This document shows positions 1-8,569 of a stretch of 15,765 nt of DNA, in pieces. The stretch spans positions 1 to 15,765 of the IMG/VR virus record IMGVR_UViG_2571042870_000013. One strand, 5' to 3'. Numbering within the stretch: the stretch's first letter is position 1; the number at the start of each line of letters is the position of its first letter. Below the pieces are notes generated by a model. It did not search any database. It was not told the DNA's origin and saw only the letters and a program-made list of their open reading frames with translations. A program made the translations under genes and the position numbers. This DNA is from a virus (lineage: Duplodnaviria; Heunggongvirae; Uroviricota; Caudoviricetes).

Positions 1-40
1 GACCATTACCAAATAGTTTATATGCTAAAAATTTAGGGAA

Positions 41-3000
41 TCATTTTCCTAATTCTCCAGCTAAAAGTTCAGCCTGCTTCAAAACAGTCTCTGTGGCGAG
101 CAATGACATATCAGGCGGATAACCATATTTTTTGAGCAGACGTTTTACCACCACGCGAATTTTTGCTCTTGCTGCTTCTTTCACTGTCCAGTCAAGACTG
201 ACATTGTTGCGGATAGCCTCCGTAAGTACGACTGCCAGTTCTCGTAGTTTTTCCTTTTCCATTAACTCGCGAGCACTGTCGTTATCTGCAACAGCAGAAT
301 AGAAGGCATATTCATAAGCGCTGAGGTTTAACTGGCTGGCAAGGCTGTCAGATTCCTGGATAGTCTTGGCAAGCTTGATTAGCTCATCAATTACCTCCGC
401 TGCGGTCAGTACCTTGTTCTGGTAGCCATTGATTGCAGAGGTCAGCATATCAATCAGTTTTTTGCCTTGGGTGATACTTTGATTCGAGCGAACCTTGATC
501 TCGTCAGAAAGCAGTTTTTTAAGCGTTTCCAAAGCAATATTTCTGTGTTGGTAATCCTTCATTTCCTGAAGGAATTCTTCAGAAAGAACGGAAATATCAG
601 GTTTTTGTATCCCAGCAGCGTCAAAAATATCAACAACTTTATCGGTAACCAGAGCCTGATCGATAGTCTGTTTTACCCGAACTTCGAGACTGTCATTGTG
701 TTCTTCTTCTGATCCGTCTGAGTTTTCAGTAAATTTATTCAGTCTGGCTTTTACTGCCTGGAAGAATGCTACTTCGGGTGCCGCTTCCATTGCTTTATCG
801 TGCGGTGTCGCCAATGCAAATGCCTGCGATAAGGCTGCAACCGCAGCGAGGAAACGCATTTTACCTTTACCGTTATCCAGCCCTAAAATATGGTTTTCTG
901 ATTCAAGAATAATTGTCAGGCGTTGTGAGGTAGTTGCGGCAAAGTAAGCTTTGTAATCGTATCCATGCATCATGCCTTCCAGGATTTCCAGCTTTTCCTG
1001 CATGAGCGTTACGGCTTCTTCCTGAACCTCAGCAGGATCTCCACGTCCACCTGCATCAGAGTAAAAGGAGAGGGCTTCTTTTAAATCAGAGGCAATGCCC
1101 AGATAGTCAACAACCAGACCGCCTATCTTATCTTTATACACACGGTTCACACGGGCAATTGCCTGCATAAGGTTGTGGCCTTTCATTGGTTTGTCGATAT
1201 ACAGCGTATGCATGCTGGGAGCGTCGAAGCCGGTTAACCACATATCACGCACTATCACCAGTTTCAGCTTGTCGTCGTCATCCTTCATACGGTTAGCCAG
1301 AACCTGACGTTCTTTTTTTGTGGTGTGGTGTTTGGCAATTTCTGGCCCGTCAGCAGCAGAAGAGGTCATGACGACTTTTATTATACCGTCATTTAAATCA
1401 TCGCTGTGCCATTCAGGTTTTAAGGCTATGATTTCTTTATATAGTTCAGCAGCAATACGGCGGGACATGGTAACAATCATGCCCTTACCATGATCGGCAT
1501 TGGATTTTAAGCGCTGCTCAAAGTGCAGAACCATATCCGCCGCAATCGCTTTAATACGTTTTGAACTGCCAATCAAACCTTCGATTCTGGCCCATTTAGA
1601 ACGTTCTTTTTGCGTGAGCGTCAGTTCGTCCTCGTTAAACTCATCATCAAAGTCTTCAATAAGCTGACGACCTTCATCACTGATGGCAATTTTGGCAAGA
1701 CGGCTTTCATAAAAGATACGAACTGTTGCACCATCTTCAACGGCCTGCGAGATATCGTAGATATCAACATAGTTACCAAAAACAGCAGGCGTGTTGACGT
1801 CCGTTTTTTCTATGGGGGTTCCGGTAAAGCCGAGATAGGTCGCATTAGGTAAGGCATCACGCATATATTTGGCAAAGCCGTAAACGGTGCGTTTACCTGT
1901 TACGTTGCCTTCGCTGTCTTTCACGTCAACTTCTTTGGCGCTGAAACCGTACTGGGAACGGTGTGCTTCATCAGCGATAACGACAATATTGGTTCTGTCT
2001 GACAACAACTCATAGATATTGCTGCCATCATCAGGCTGGAATTTTTGAATAGTAGTAAACACCACACCGCCAGAGGCGACACGCAAATATTCTTTGAGTT
2101 CTTCCCGGTTGTTGGCCTGTTTTGGTGTCTGACGAAGTAGCTGGGTCGCGGAAGAGAACGTACCGAATAGCTGATCATCTAAGTCGTTACGGTCAGTAAT
2201 CACAACAACTGTCGGATTATCCAGCGCCAGCACAATTTTCCCGGTATAAAACACCATCGAAAGCGATTTACCGGAACCCTGAGTATGCCAGACTACGCCC
2301 GCTTTGCGATCTCCGGTTTTTTGCGCATTAACAAGATCTTTACTGTTACGTCCCTGCTGGCGCAGTGCCACTTCGGCAGAGGGGGAGTCCGCATTCACCG
2401 CTGAGGCACGAATAGTGGAAAGAACTGCTGCATTGACCGCGTAGTACTGGTGATAAGCCGCCATTTTTTTAACAGTACGGATACTGATAATCCCTTTGCT
2501 GTCTTCATGTTTGCTGGCCTCAAACACGATAAAGTGGCGGATTATATCCAGCAGCGTTACAGGATTAAGCAACCCCTGTAATAAAACTTCAAGCTGTGGT
2601 TGGGTACTGGTGGCTTGCGTTTTACCGTTAGCAGTTTTCCACGTCATATAACGACTGAAATCGGCAGAAACCGTCCCCGCTTTGGCTTCCAGCCCGTCAG
2701 ATATCACATTAAAAGCATTGTAGTTAAACAGACCGGGGATTTGGTTCTGATAGGTTTTAATCTGATTATAGGCACCTGTTACCGTTGCATTTTCGTCAGC
2801 GGCATTTTTAAGTTCGATAACGACTAATGGCAGGCCATTGATGAATAAAATAAGATCAGGTCGGCGGGTATGGTTGCCTTCTTTGATGGTGAGCTGATTA
2901 ATGACCAGAAATGCATTATTAGTGGGATCGTTAAAGTCGATCAGGCTGGCCAGTTCTCCTTGTGTATTACCATCCTTGCTGACTTCGATATTGATTCCTT

Positions 3001-3280
3001 CGGTCAAAAGGCGATGAAAGGTTAGATTGTTTGCCATTAGGTCAGGTGAGCTGATCTGCATCACCTGTTTTAGAGCTTCTTCACACTTCTGCTCACTAAG
3101 GTGCGGGTTAATTCGTTGCAATGCTGTACGCACTTTATCTTCAAGGATAACCTGCTGATAGCTACGTAACGGATTGATTCCACTGGGTTCAATGTCCGGG
3201 CCGTAAACATACTCATAGCCCAGCCCTTGCAGGTGCTCAATTGCCATTACTTCAATATCGGATTCGGTCATCTTTGCCAT
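41..3280 (-). CDS. hsdR: Type I restriction enzyme R subunit (endonuclease/translocase) HsdR
   Basis: 1079-aa ORF. N-terminal PD-(D/E)xK-like nuclease motif (PDLILFINGLPLVVIELK), helicase motif I (HTQGSGKS) and DEAH-type motif II (VVIADEAHRSQ), which is the hallmark architecture of HsdR. SD-like AAGGA about 10 nt upstream of the ATG at 3278-3280. Lies directly downstream of hsdM-hsdS on the same strand. Confidence 0.92.
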   Translation of the reverse strand: MAKMTESDIEVMAIEHLQGLGYEYVYGPDIEPSGINPLRSYQQVILEDKVRTALQRINPHLSEQKCEEALKQVMQISSPDLMANNLTFHRLLTEGINIEVSKDGNTQGELASLIDFNDPTNNAFLVINQLTIKEGNHTRRPDLILFINGLPLVVIELKNAADENATVTGAYNQIKTYQNQIPGLFNYNAFNVISDGLEAKAGTVSADFSRYMTWKTANGKTQATSTQPQLEVLLQGLLNPVTLLDIIRHFIVFEASKHEDSKGIISIRTVKKMAAYHQYYAVNAAVLSTIRASAVNADSPSAEVALRQQGRNSKDLVNAQKTGDRKAGVVWHTQGSGKSLSMVFYTGKIVLALDNPTVVVITDRNDLDDQLFGTFSSATQLLRQTPKQANNREELKEYLRVASGGVVFTTIQKFQPDDGSNIYELLSDRTNIVVIADEAHRSQYGFSAKEVDVKDSEGNVTGKRTVYGFAKYMRDALPNATYLGFTGTPIEKTDVNTPAVFGNYVDIYDISQAVEDGATVRIFYESRLAKIAISDEGRQLIEDFDDEFNEDELTLTQKERSKWARIEGLIGSSKRIKAIAADMVLHFEQRLKSNADHGKGMIVTMSRRIAAELYKEIIALKPEWHSDDLNDGIIKVVMTSSAADGPEIAKHHTTKKERQVLANRMKDDDDKLKLVIVRDMWLTGFDAPSMHTLYIDKPMKGHNLMQAIARVNRVYKDKIGGLVVDYLGIASDLKEALSFYSDAGGRGDPAEVQEEAVTLMQEKLEILEGMMHGYDYKAYFAATTSQRLTIILESENHILGLDNGKGKMRFLAAVAALSQAFALATPHDKAMEAAPEVAFFQAVKARLNKFTENSDGSEEEHNDSLEVRVKQTIDQALVTDKVVDIFDAAGIQKPDISVLSEEFLQEMKDYQHRNIALETLKKLLSDEIKVRSNQSITQGKKLIDMLTSAINGYQNKVLTAAEVIDELIKLAKTIQESDSLASQLNLSAYEYAFYSAVADNDSARELMEKEKLRELAVVLTEAIRNNVSLDWTVKEAARAKIRVVVKRLLKKYGYPPDMSLLATETVLKQAELLAGELGK

Positions 3281-3338
3281 GCGTACTGTCCTTATTGCCG
3301 CTTAACCAGAGAGCGGGCTGTACACCCGCATAATTATT

Positions 3339-4532
3339 TTATGCTACTGATGCGATTGCTTCTTCCGCATACTGAACCCGTACTTCGCCGCTCATCAGTT
3401 TGGGAAGGAGAGTGTCGCGCAGAGATTCTATGTTTTTAATTTGTGAGTTGTTAATACTTATTTTTTTCCAGAAGAAATCAATCTGTGTAGTGAATTCTTT
3501 CACCATACACTCCGGGGGGAGTTTGAATTCTGGGCGTTGTAATCCGTCAGCCGACAGCTGATTTACAGTTGAACCGTTAGTTGCAGCAACAACTTGCTCA
3601 TGCATATCTTTGGAGCAAAGTAAATAGTACAGAAAAGCATTGGTTAAGTAACTATCGTCATTGATGCTGATTTTAAATAAATGATGCGTATATATGGATA
3701 ATTCGCTTTCTGTTTTTGGAATTATAGCAGGATACCCTATGAGTCGATATTCATGGCCCTGTTCTGTATTGGCTACAATGATATCCCCAGGCTTTATAAT
3801 ATGCCTTTCTTTAAAATCACCATTGTAGTATTTTATACCTGCACTCTTATAACCACCGCCCTCAAGTACTGAGTTCAAACTAAAAAGTGGAATGCCGTTA
3901 TCTGACGTGGTAAGGCCGGCTCCCTTGTAGCTTAATCCCTTAGCTACTGTAATATGACAATCAAGAGTCGTTATTTCCCAATCCGCATGCGTCTCTTCAA
4001 TAAACCACTGTCTAAATAGGGTTTCTGCCATGGATTCCAGAGTTTTATTCTGGCGATGAAGCAGGTCTATTTTGTCTTTAAGAGAGGACAAAATAGAGGC
4101 GATGGCTTTTTGTTCAGATTCATCAATTGGTAAGTAAAGAGGAATCAAATTTAGCGATGCTTTATTTAATTTTGGTTGAGCAGCACCTGTTAAATAAGGA
4201 GATAGATCAAGTTGTGAAAAATATTGGATTATCAATGCCGTTAAATGGGGCTTTTTAGCTTTAAGGACATGAGCGTGATTATTAACCCAAAATTTTCCAG
4301 TAGCTTCAAATGCTATAGGTGTTTTTCTGGACTTTAAGTTTTCTCCATCTTCAGAAATAAGGATGTAGCTGCCATCAAAAATATAATTGTCGATATAATC
4401 GACAATTCCTGACGCTCCATAATATGGAAAATTTCCTTTCTTATGGGCTCGTTCCATAGCACTCAAAGGAATTCTTTGTGCGTTGCAAAAATCTGCTAAT
4501 TCAGTTATACAAAAATTTCTCCACCTACTCAT
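3339..4532 (-). CDS. hsdS: Type I R-M specificity subunit HsdS (two target-recognition domains with central and C-terminal conserved spacers)
   Basis: 397-aa ORF with bipartite HsdS layout: a variable N-terminal region, a central conserved helix ([13 protein letters not shown]), a second variable region, and a C-terminal conserved segment ([14 protein letters not shown]). Its start overlaps the hsdM stop by 4 nt (ATGA at 4529-4532), indicating translational coupling. Confidence 0.88.
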   Translation of the reverse strand: MSRWRNFCITELADFCNAQRIPLSAMERAHKKGNFPYYGASGIVDYIDNYIFDGSYILISEDGENLKSRKTPIAFEATGKFWVNNHAHVLKAKKPHLTALIIQYFSQLDLSPYLTGAAQPKLNKASLNLIPLYLPIDESEQKAIASILSSLKDKIDLLHRQNKTLESMAETLFRQWFIEETHADWEITTLDCHITVAKGLSYKGAGLTTSDNGIPLFSLNSVLEGGGYKSAGIKYYNGDFKERHIIKPGDIIVANTEQGHEYRLIGYPAIIPKTESELSIYTHHLFKISINDDSYLTNAFLYYLLCSKDMHEQVVAATNGSTVNQLSADGLQRPEFKLPPECMVKEFTTQIDFFWKKISINNSQIKNIESLRDTLLPKLMSGEVRVQYAEEAIASVA

Positions 4533-6076
4533 AAAACCACCTTCGCCAGATTATCAACGATGGCTCTGTTCAGACGCGCCTCTTCTTCCAGTTGCGCTTC
4601 AAACTCAGCTTTAAGAGCCGTAAAGCGTTCTTTAAAGTCGAAATCGTCTTCTTCATCAGCAAGACCAACATAACGGCCAGGTGTCAGCACATAATCGAGT
4701 TTAGCAACTTCAGCAATGTCTACTGACGCACAGAAACCAGCGACGTCTTCGTAGTCGCCACCTTTGTTACGCCAGTTATGATAGGTATCAGCGATGGTTT
4801 TTATATCGTCGTCAGAAAGTACTTTGGTACGACGATTAATTAAATGACCGAGATTACGGGCATCAATAAACAGAATTTCTTTACTACGATCACGATACTG
4901 GTTGCTGTTATGACGGTCACGGCGCATAAACCATAATGCAGCAGGGATCTGAGTATTCAGGAACAGCTTTGCCGGTAAGTTGACGATACAGTCAATCACA
5001 TTGGCATCTTTTACCAGTGCAGCACGAATATCACCTTCACCAGAGCTTTTAGAAGTTAATGCCCCTTTTGCCAGAACAACACCCGCTTGCCCTTTAGGAG
5101 ACAAGTGATACAAAAAATGTTGCATCCATGCAAAGTTAGCGTTGCCAGCAGGTGGAATGCCATATTGCCAGCGGGCATCACCACGAAGCTGCTCACCAGA
5201 CCAGTCGGAAACGTTAAACGGTGGGTTAGCTATGATAAAATCAGATTTCAAATCTTTGTGAGCATCGTTAAGAAATGAACCTTCATTATTCCAGCGAACG
5301 TGTTCAGAATTAATCCCACGAATTGCCAGGTTCATTTTTGCCAGACGCCAAGTGGTCTGGTTGGACTCCTGCCCATAGATCGAAATATCGTCAATATTTC
5401 CCTGATGTGCTTCTACAAATTTTTCTGACTGAACGAACATACCACCAGAACCACAGCAGGGATCAAAGACACGGCCTTTATAGGGTTCCAGCATGTTAAC
5501 CAGCAGGCTTACAATAGATTTTGGCGTATAGAACTGGCCGCCTTGTTTGCCTTCTGCCAGTGCAAATTCACCTAGGAAGTATTCGAATACGTGACCTAAA
5601 ACGTCAGCAGAGCGTGCTTTGGCATCTCCTAGTGCAATGTTGCCAATCAGATCTATCAGCTCACCCAGAACAGTGGCGTCGAGGTTTTGTCGGGCATAGA
5701 CTTTCGGCAACACACCTTTTAACTGTGGATTGCCCGCTTCGATAAGCTCCATCGCATCATCAACCATCTTACCGATTTCAGGAAGCTTGGCCTTAGAAAT
5801 CAGATAGTTCCAACGTGCAAGCTCAGGGACAAAGAAAACGTTGTAAGCGGTGTACTCGTCTTTGTCTTCCGGATCAGCACCTGCGAACTCGCCTTTACCG
5901 GCTTTCAGCAACTCATAATGAGATTCAAAAGAATCAGAAATGTACTTAAGGAAAATGAGGCCTAGTACGACGTGCTTGTACTCGGCTGCATCAATGTTTT
6001 TACGCAGTTTGTCTGCCGCTTTCCACAGGATGACCTCTAACGGGTCTGTTTTGATTTCTTTAGGTTTTCTGGCCAT
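4529..6076 (-). CDS. hsdM: Type I R-M N6-adenine DNA methyltransferase subunit HsdM
   Basis: 515-aa ORF with a SAM-binding motif I ([12 protein letters not shown]) and catalytic motif IV NPPF ([12 protein letters not shown]), typical of gamma-class N6-adenine methyltransferases of Type I systems. First gene of the M-S-R operon. Confidence 0.92.
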   Translation of the reverse strand: MARKPKEIKTDPLEVILWKAADKLRKNIDAAEYKHVVLGLIFLKYISDSFESHYELLKAGKGEFAGADPEDKDEYTAYNVFFVPELARWNYLISKAKLPEIGKMVDDAMELIEAGNPQLKGVLPKVYARQNLDATVLGELIDLIGNIALGDAKARSADVLGHVFEYFLGEFALAEGKQGGQFYTPKSIVSLLVNMLEPYKGRVFDPCCGSGGMFVQSEKFVEAHQGNIDDISIYGQESNQTTWRLAKMNLAIRGINSEHVRWNNEGSFLNDAHKDLKSDFIIANPPFNVSDWSGEQLRGDARWQYGIPPAGNANFAWMQHFLYHLSPKGQAGVVLAKGALTSKSSGEGDIRAALVKDANVIDCIVNLPAKLFLNTQIPAALWFMRRDRHNSNQYRDRSKEILFIDARNLGHLINRRTKVLSDDDIKTIADTYHNWRNKGGDYEDVAGFCASVDIAEVAKLDYVLTPGRYVGLADEEDDFDFKERFTALKAEFEAQLEEEARLNRAIVDNLAKVVL

Positions 6077-6224
6077 TAGCGTAACCTTATGAAGGGGGAA
6101 GATGGCCCTATTTTGCCTTAAAGTTCCGCTTGTTACGAGCTTATACAGCGATTAATTATTATCTGGTTTTAGTGTGTTCGTGTAGCTCAGCAAGTGCAAT
6201 GACTCATGGAGTAAATGCTTTGTA

Positions 6225-6557
6225 GCGGGATTGTAGATGTCAGGTCATTGCCGTCAATGGAGCCAGTGTCATTGGCATAATTGCTGCACAGCCGATGCCA
6301 CGCGCACATTCGCTAGTTCACTGTGGTTCATCGTGTGTACTACACCAGTACGCAGTCCGGGAAGTAACGGCATGGCAGAATCGTTTGTAAAGACGTTCAA
6401 GCGGGATTATGTGTACGTAGATGATCTGCTGGATGCAGTCTAAATGATGGAAACAATGGCAGAATAGATAGAGGATTATAATAATCTGCATCCACACAAG
6501 GGGTTGAACATGAAATCGCCACGCGAATATCGTGATGCCATATTAGCAGTTAATTAG
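6225..6557 (+). pseudogene. Remnant of a DDE (rve/integrase-core type) IS transposase C-terminus, interrupted by two in-frame stop codons
   Basis: A single reading frame gives ...TPVRSPGSNGMAESFVKTFKRDYVY...DLLDAV(stop 6441-6443)...MAE(stop 6465-6467)IEDYNNLHPHKGLNMKSPREYRDAILAVN(stop 6555-6557). The SPxxNGxxESF...LK and YNxxRPH...SP.EY-like motifs are the conserved C-terminal signature of IS3-like DDE transposases. The N-terminal catalytic part is missing and the frame is broken. Confidence 0.6.
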
Positions 6558-6997
6558 CCGTGTCCGTTTTAGCAGGGACAACTCCAGTATTCAAAAAAGC
6601 TTTCTTAGTGCATATGCATGAGGTGAATAGATGTACAGGCTATGACAAACCATAGTTGTAATTTTTAATGTTTAAAATTCTCCGTTACAGTAGGACATTC
6701 CTTGTACATTAAATTCCATCTAAGGTTGAATTTTTAATTTAATAAGGTCGCAATCTAAAATGATGTGTATGGGGTTATTTGTAAGATGATTTTTTATTTT
6801 TGATAGTGGTGATTAAGGGAGCGGGTAATGTTTGTCTATTCAAAAATATAGAGATTCAAGGTTGGTAGCAGTTTGGCTTCTTTTATAACCGAAGGGCAGA
6901 AAAGCAAGGGGAACTCGAAGAAGCAAGCGCAGCGGCTTCGCAGAGTTAGCCCTTGCTTCTCTTATAATTGGCATTATTCATTCAAGAACAATAGGAT

Positions 6998-7017
6998 CTT
7001 CGCTTGTACAAGCGAAG
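6998..7017. repeat. Perfect 20-bp palindrome CTTCGCTTGTACAAGCGAAG
   Basis: Read directly from the sequence: arms of 9 bp around a central TA, with perfect dyad symmetry. Lies in the gene-free spacer downstream of the ParB-like operon. Confidence 0.9.
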
Positions 7018-7672
7018 CTATAATAAAAACAATCAATTAATAATTTTAAAAGTATTAAACAAGAACCTATTGACATTCATAAAATACAAGTTATTTATAA
7101 TGTATGCCATAAATAAAAAGTTTTATGTCATATGTATCCTGCACTATGTGCAGTTAATGTACCACTTGTCCCATAGATGGGAATATTGGAAAGGTTACTT
7201 TGTTTTGAAGTAGCCTTTCGTCCTTCAATATTAACGATTACTTATTGCTATTACCAAGTCCAGTCGAATCGAAGAACATCTTTTATCTGAAACGACTCCT
7301 AATACCCGGTTAAAGCCACAATATCTCTCGCATACGTAGACCAAAGAAAAATTATGATATTAACTATGTGATTTTTTTTAGTGTTAAGTTGAATAATTAA
7401 ATACTGGAGAGTTTTCTGTGCACTACCAATTGCTGGTTCATCTGTTCTGCCGCTGATGTTTCTGACGAATCTCCCGGTGACACAGAACTGTCCCTCTCTA
7501 CCAGCCTTTATTCGACTCAATGTCCGGCTGCTGATACGCAGTTATCCCTTCGTATCAATGACTGACACTTAAACGTAATGCTTTGGTTGCTGGCGTATCT
7601 GACAGCTTCTTCGGCGTGAAGGTCGTTGTGTAAGTATACTTCTTGGTTTATTTAGGCTATATAAAACCATGA

Positions 7673-8569
7673 CTATGACTTGCTGTTTTCAGTAAGAGTC
7701 TTATCATCCAAAGAATTTATTCTAGAAATTCTTTTTAACTCATTAAGATAATCAACCTCGTTTTCTAAGAACCAATGAAGAACTTTAGAATTGCCAAGTA
7801 ATTTATTAATATATGACTGGATTATAACGAATTTCAACATATCTGAACCATACTCGGTTTGAAGCTTTTTCGTTTCTTCCGAAGTTGTTGCCATTTCTTG
7901 TTCCAGACGAAGTATGGTTTTTTTTATGTCCTTTTTATAGGGAGTGTTTTTCCCTTTATTTACTATCATCGATGCCGGTGTTGCATCCAAGATGCTCATT
8001 GCAAATTTTTTACTATAATTATCAAAATTAATCATTGTACCGACTGCTTCAATTTGGCGAATTGGCTTCATTTTCCTCAAAACGTCAAATGTAGCCTTAG
8101 GTATAGGTTTATCAGAAAGTTTCGCAATTACACTTGGATCTATGCCGTTCATCACATTCGCTTTATCTTTTATGGCATCAACAGATATGCCCAAAGCAGC
8201 ACTAAGTTTTTCAATTGATACTTTTGCCAGAGACTTAATTATCATTCTATGTTCTTCAACTACATTTATATGATTCACTTGTTTGTTAGGAGTGAAAGCA
8301 TCATCTATGCTCGAAAGTATACATGGAGCTTTTTCTATACCTAAGTCTTTTAAAGCCTCAACCCTTAAATGGCCATCAAGTATCTTAGTGACATCTTTAT
8401 CTTTGTCATAGAATACTATTATTGGTTCAATAATACCTAAGCTTTCGATAGAGGTAACTATTTGATGATATTTATGGCTTCGCTTTACGTTTTCTAATAA
8501 TTCCTTAGATGGAATTAACTTATTAGTTTCCAGGTAAATAAAATTATCGCCAAAACGTATCTGAATCAT
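7673..8569 (-). CDS. Divergent ParB/Srx-fold protein (ParB-like partner 2), function unknown
   Basis: 298-aa ORF. N-terminal region resembles the ParB N-domain (IEPIIVFYDKD...ILDGHLRVEALKDLGIEKAPCIL) with a DGxxR-type box, followed by an HTH-like segment (SIEKLSAALGISVDAIKD). It lacks the arginine-rich ENxxRR box present in the upstream paralogue. Its start overlaps the upstream gene's stop (ATGA at 8566-8569). Confidence 0.6.
   Translation of the reverse strand: MIQIRFGDNFIYLETNKLIPSKELLENVKRSHKYHQIVTSIESLGIIEPIIVFYDKDKDVTKILDGHLRVEALKDLGIEKAPCILSSIDDAFTPNKQVNHINVVEEHRMIIKSLAKVSIEKLSAALGISVDAIKDKANVMNGIDPSVIAKLSDKPIPKATFDVLRKMKPIRQIEAVGTMINFDNYSKKFAMSILDATPASMIVNKGKNTPYKKDIKKTILRLEQEMATTSEETKKLQTEYGSDMLKFVIIQSYINKLLGNSKVLHWFLENEVDYLNELKRISRINSLDDKTLTENSKS

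Noticed and set aside
467-2827. Plus-strand ORFs 467-712, 696-947, 1610-1852 and 2600-2827, and minus-strand ORF 1921-2178, all inside hsdR
   Set aside because: They lie antisense to or out of frame within a strongly supported 1079-aa HsdR CDS and have no recognisable motifs or start contexts; treated as chance ORFs.
3339-4532. Phase-variable hsdS shufflon driven by the nearby serine recombinase
   Set aside because: Only a single hsdS gene is present. No silent hsdS' cassettes or inverted target-recognition-domain repeats are visible, and the recombinase lies about 5 kb away in a compositionally distinct block.
5087-5745. Plus-strand ORFs 5087-5278 and 5521-5745 inside hsdM, and 3227-3439 spanning the hsdS/hsdR junction
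   Set aside because: Antisense to well-supported genes, with no motifs; chance ORFs.
6841-7020. Retron msr/msd or group II intron fragment
   Set aside because: No reverse transcriptase gene nearby and no recognisable conserved domains; the structured region is reported only as an unexplained hairpin and palindrome.
7004-7213. 69-aa plus-strand ORF in the AT-rich spacer
   Set aside because: It starts at a TTG inside the perfect palindrome, is low-complexity and AT-driven (K/N/I/Y-rich) and has no RBS; most likely non-coding.
7299-7520. 73-aa minus-strand ORF downstream of the ParB-like operon
   Set aside because: No RBS or recognisable motif, and it overlaps the GC-richer patch that may be a gene remnant; not supportable as a gene.
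7400-7600. tRNA or tRNA fragment in the GC-richer patch
   Set aside because: I could not find a convincing T-arm (GTTCRANYC), acceptor stem or CCA arrangement by eye; not callable without a tRNA-scanning tool.
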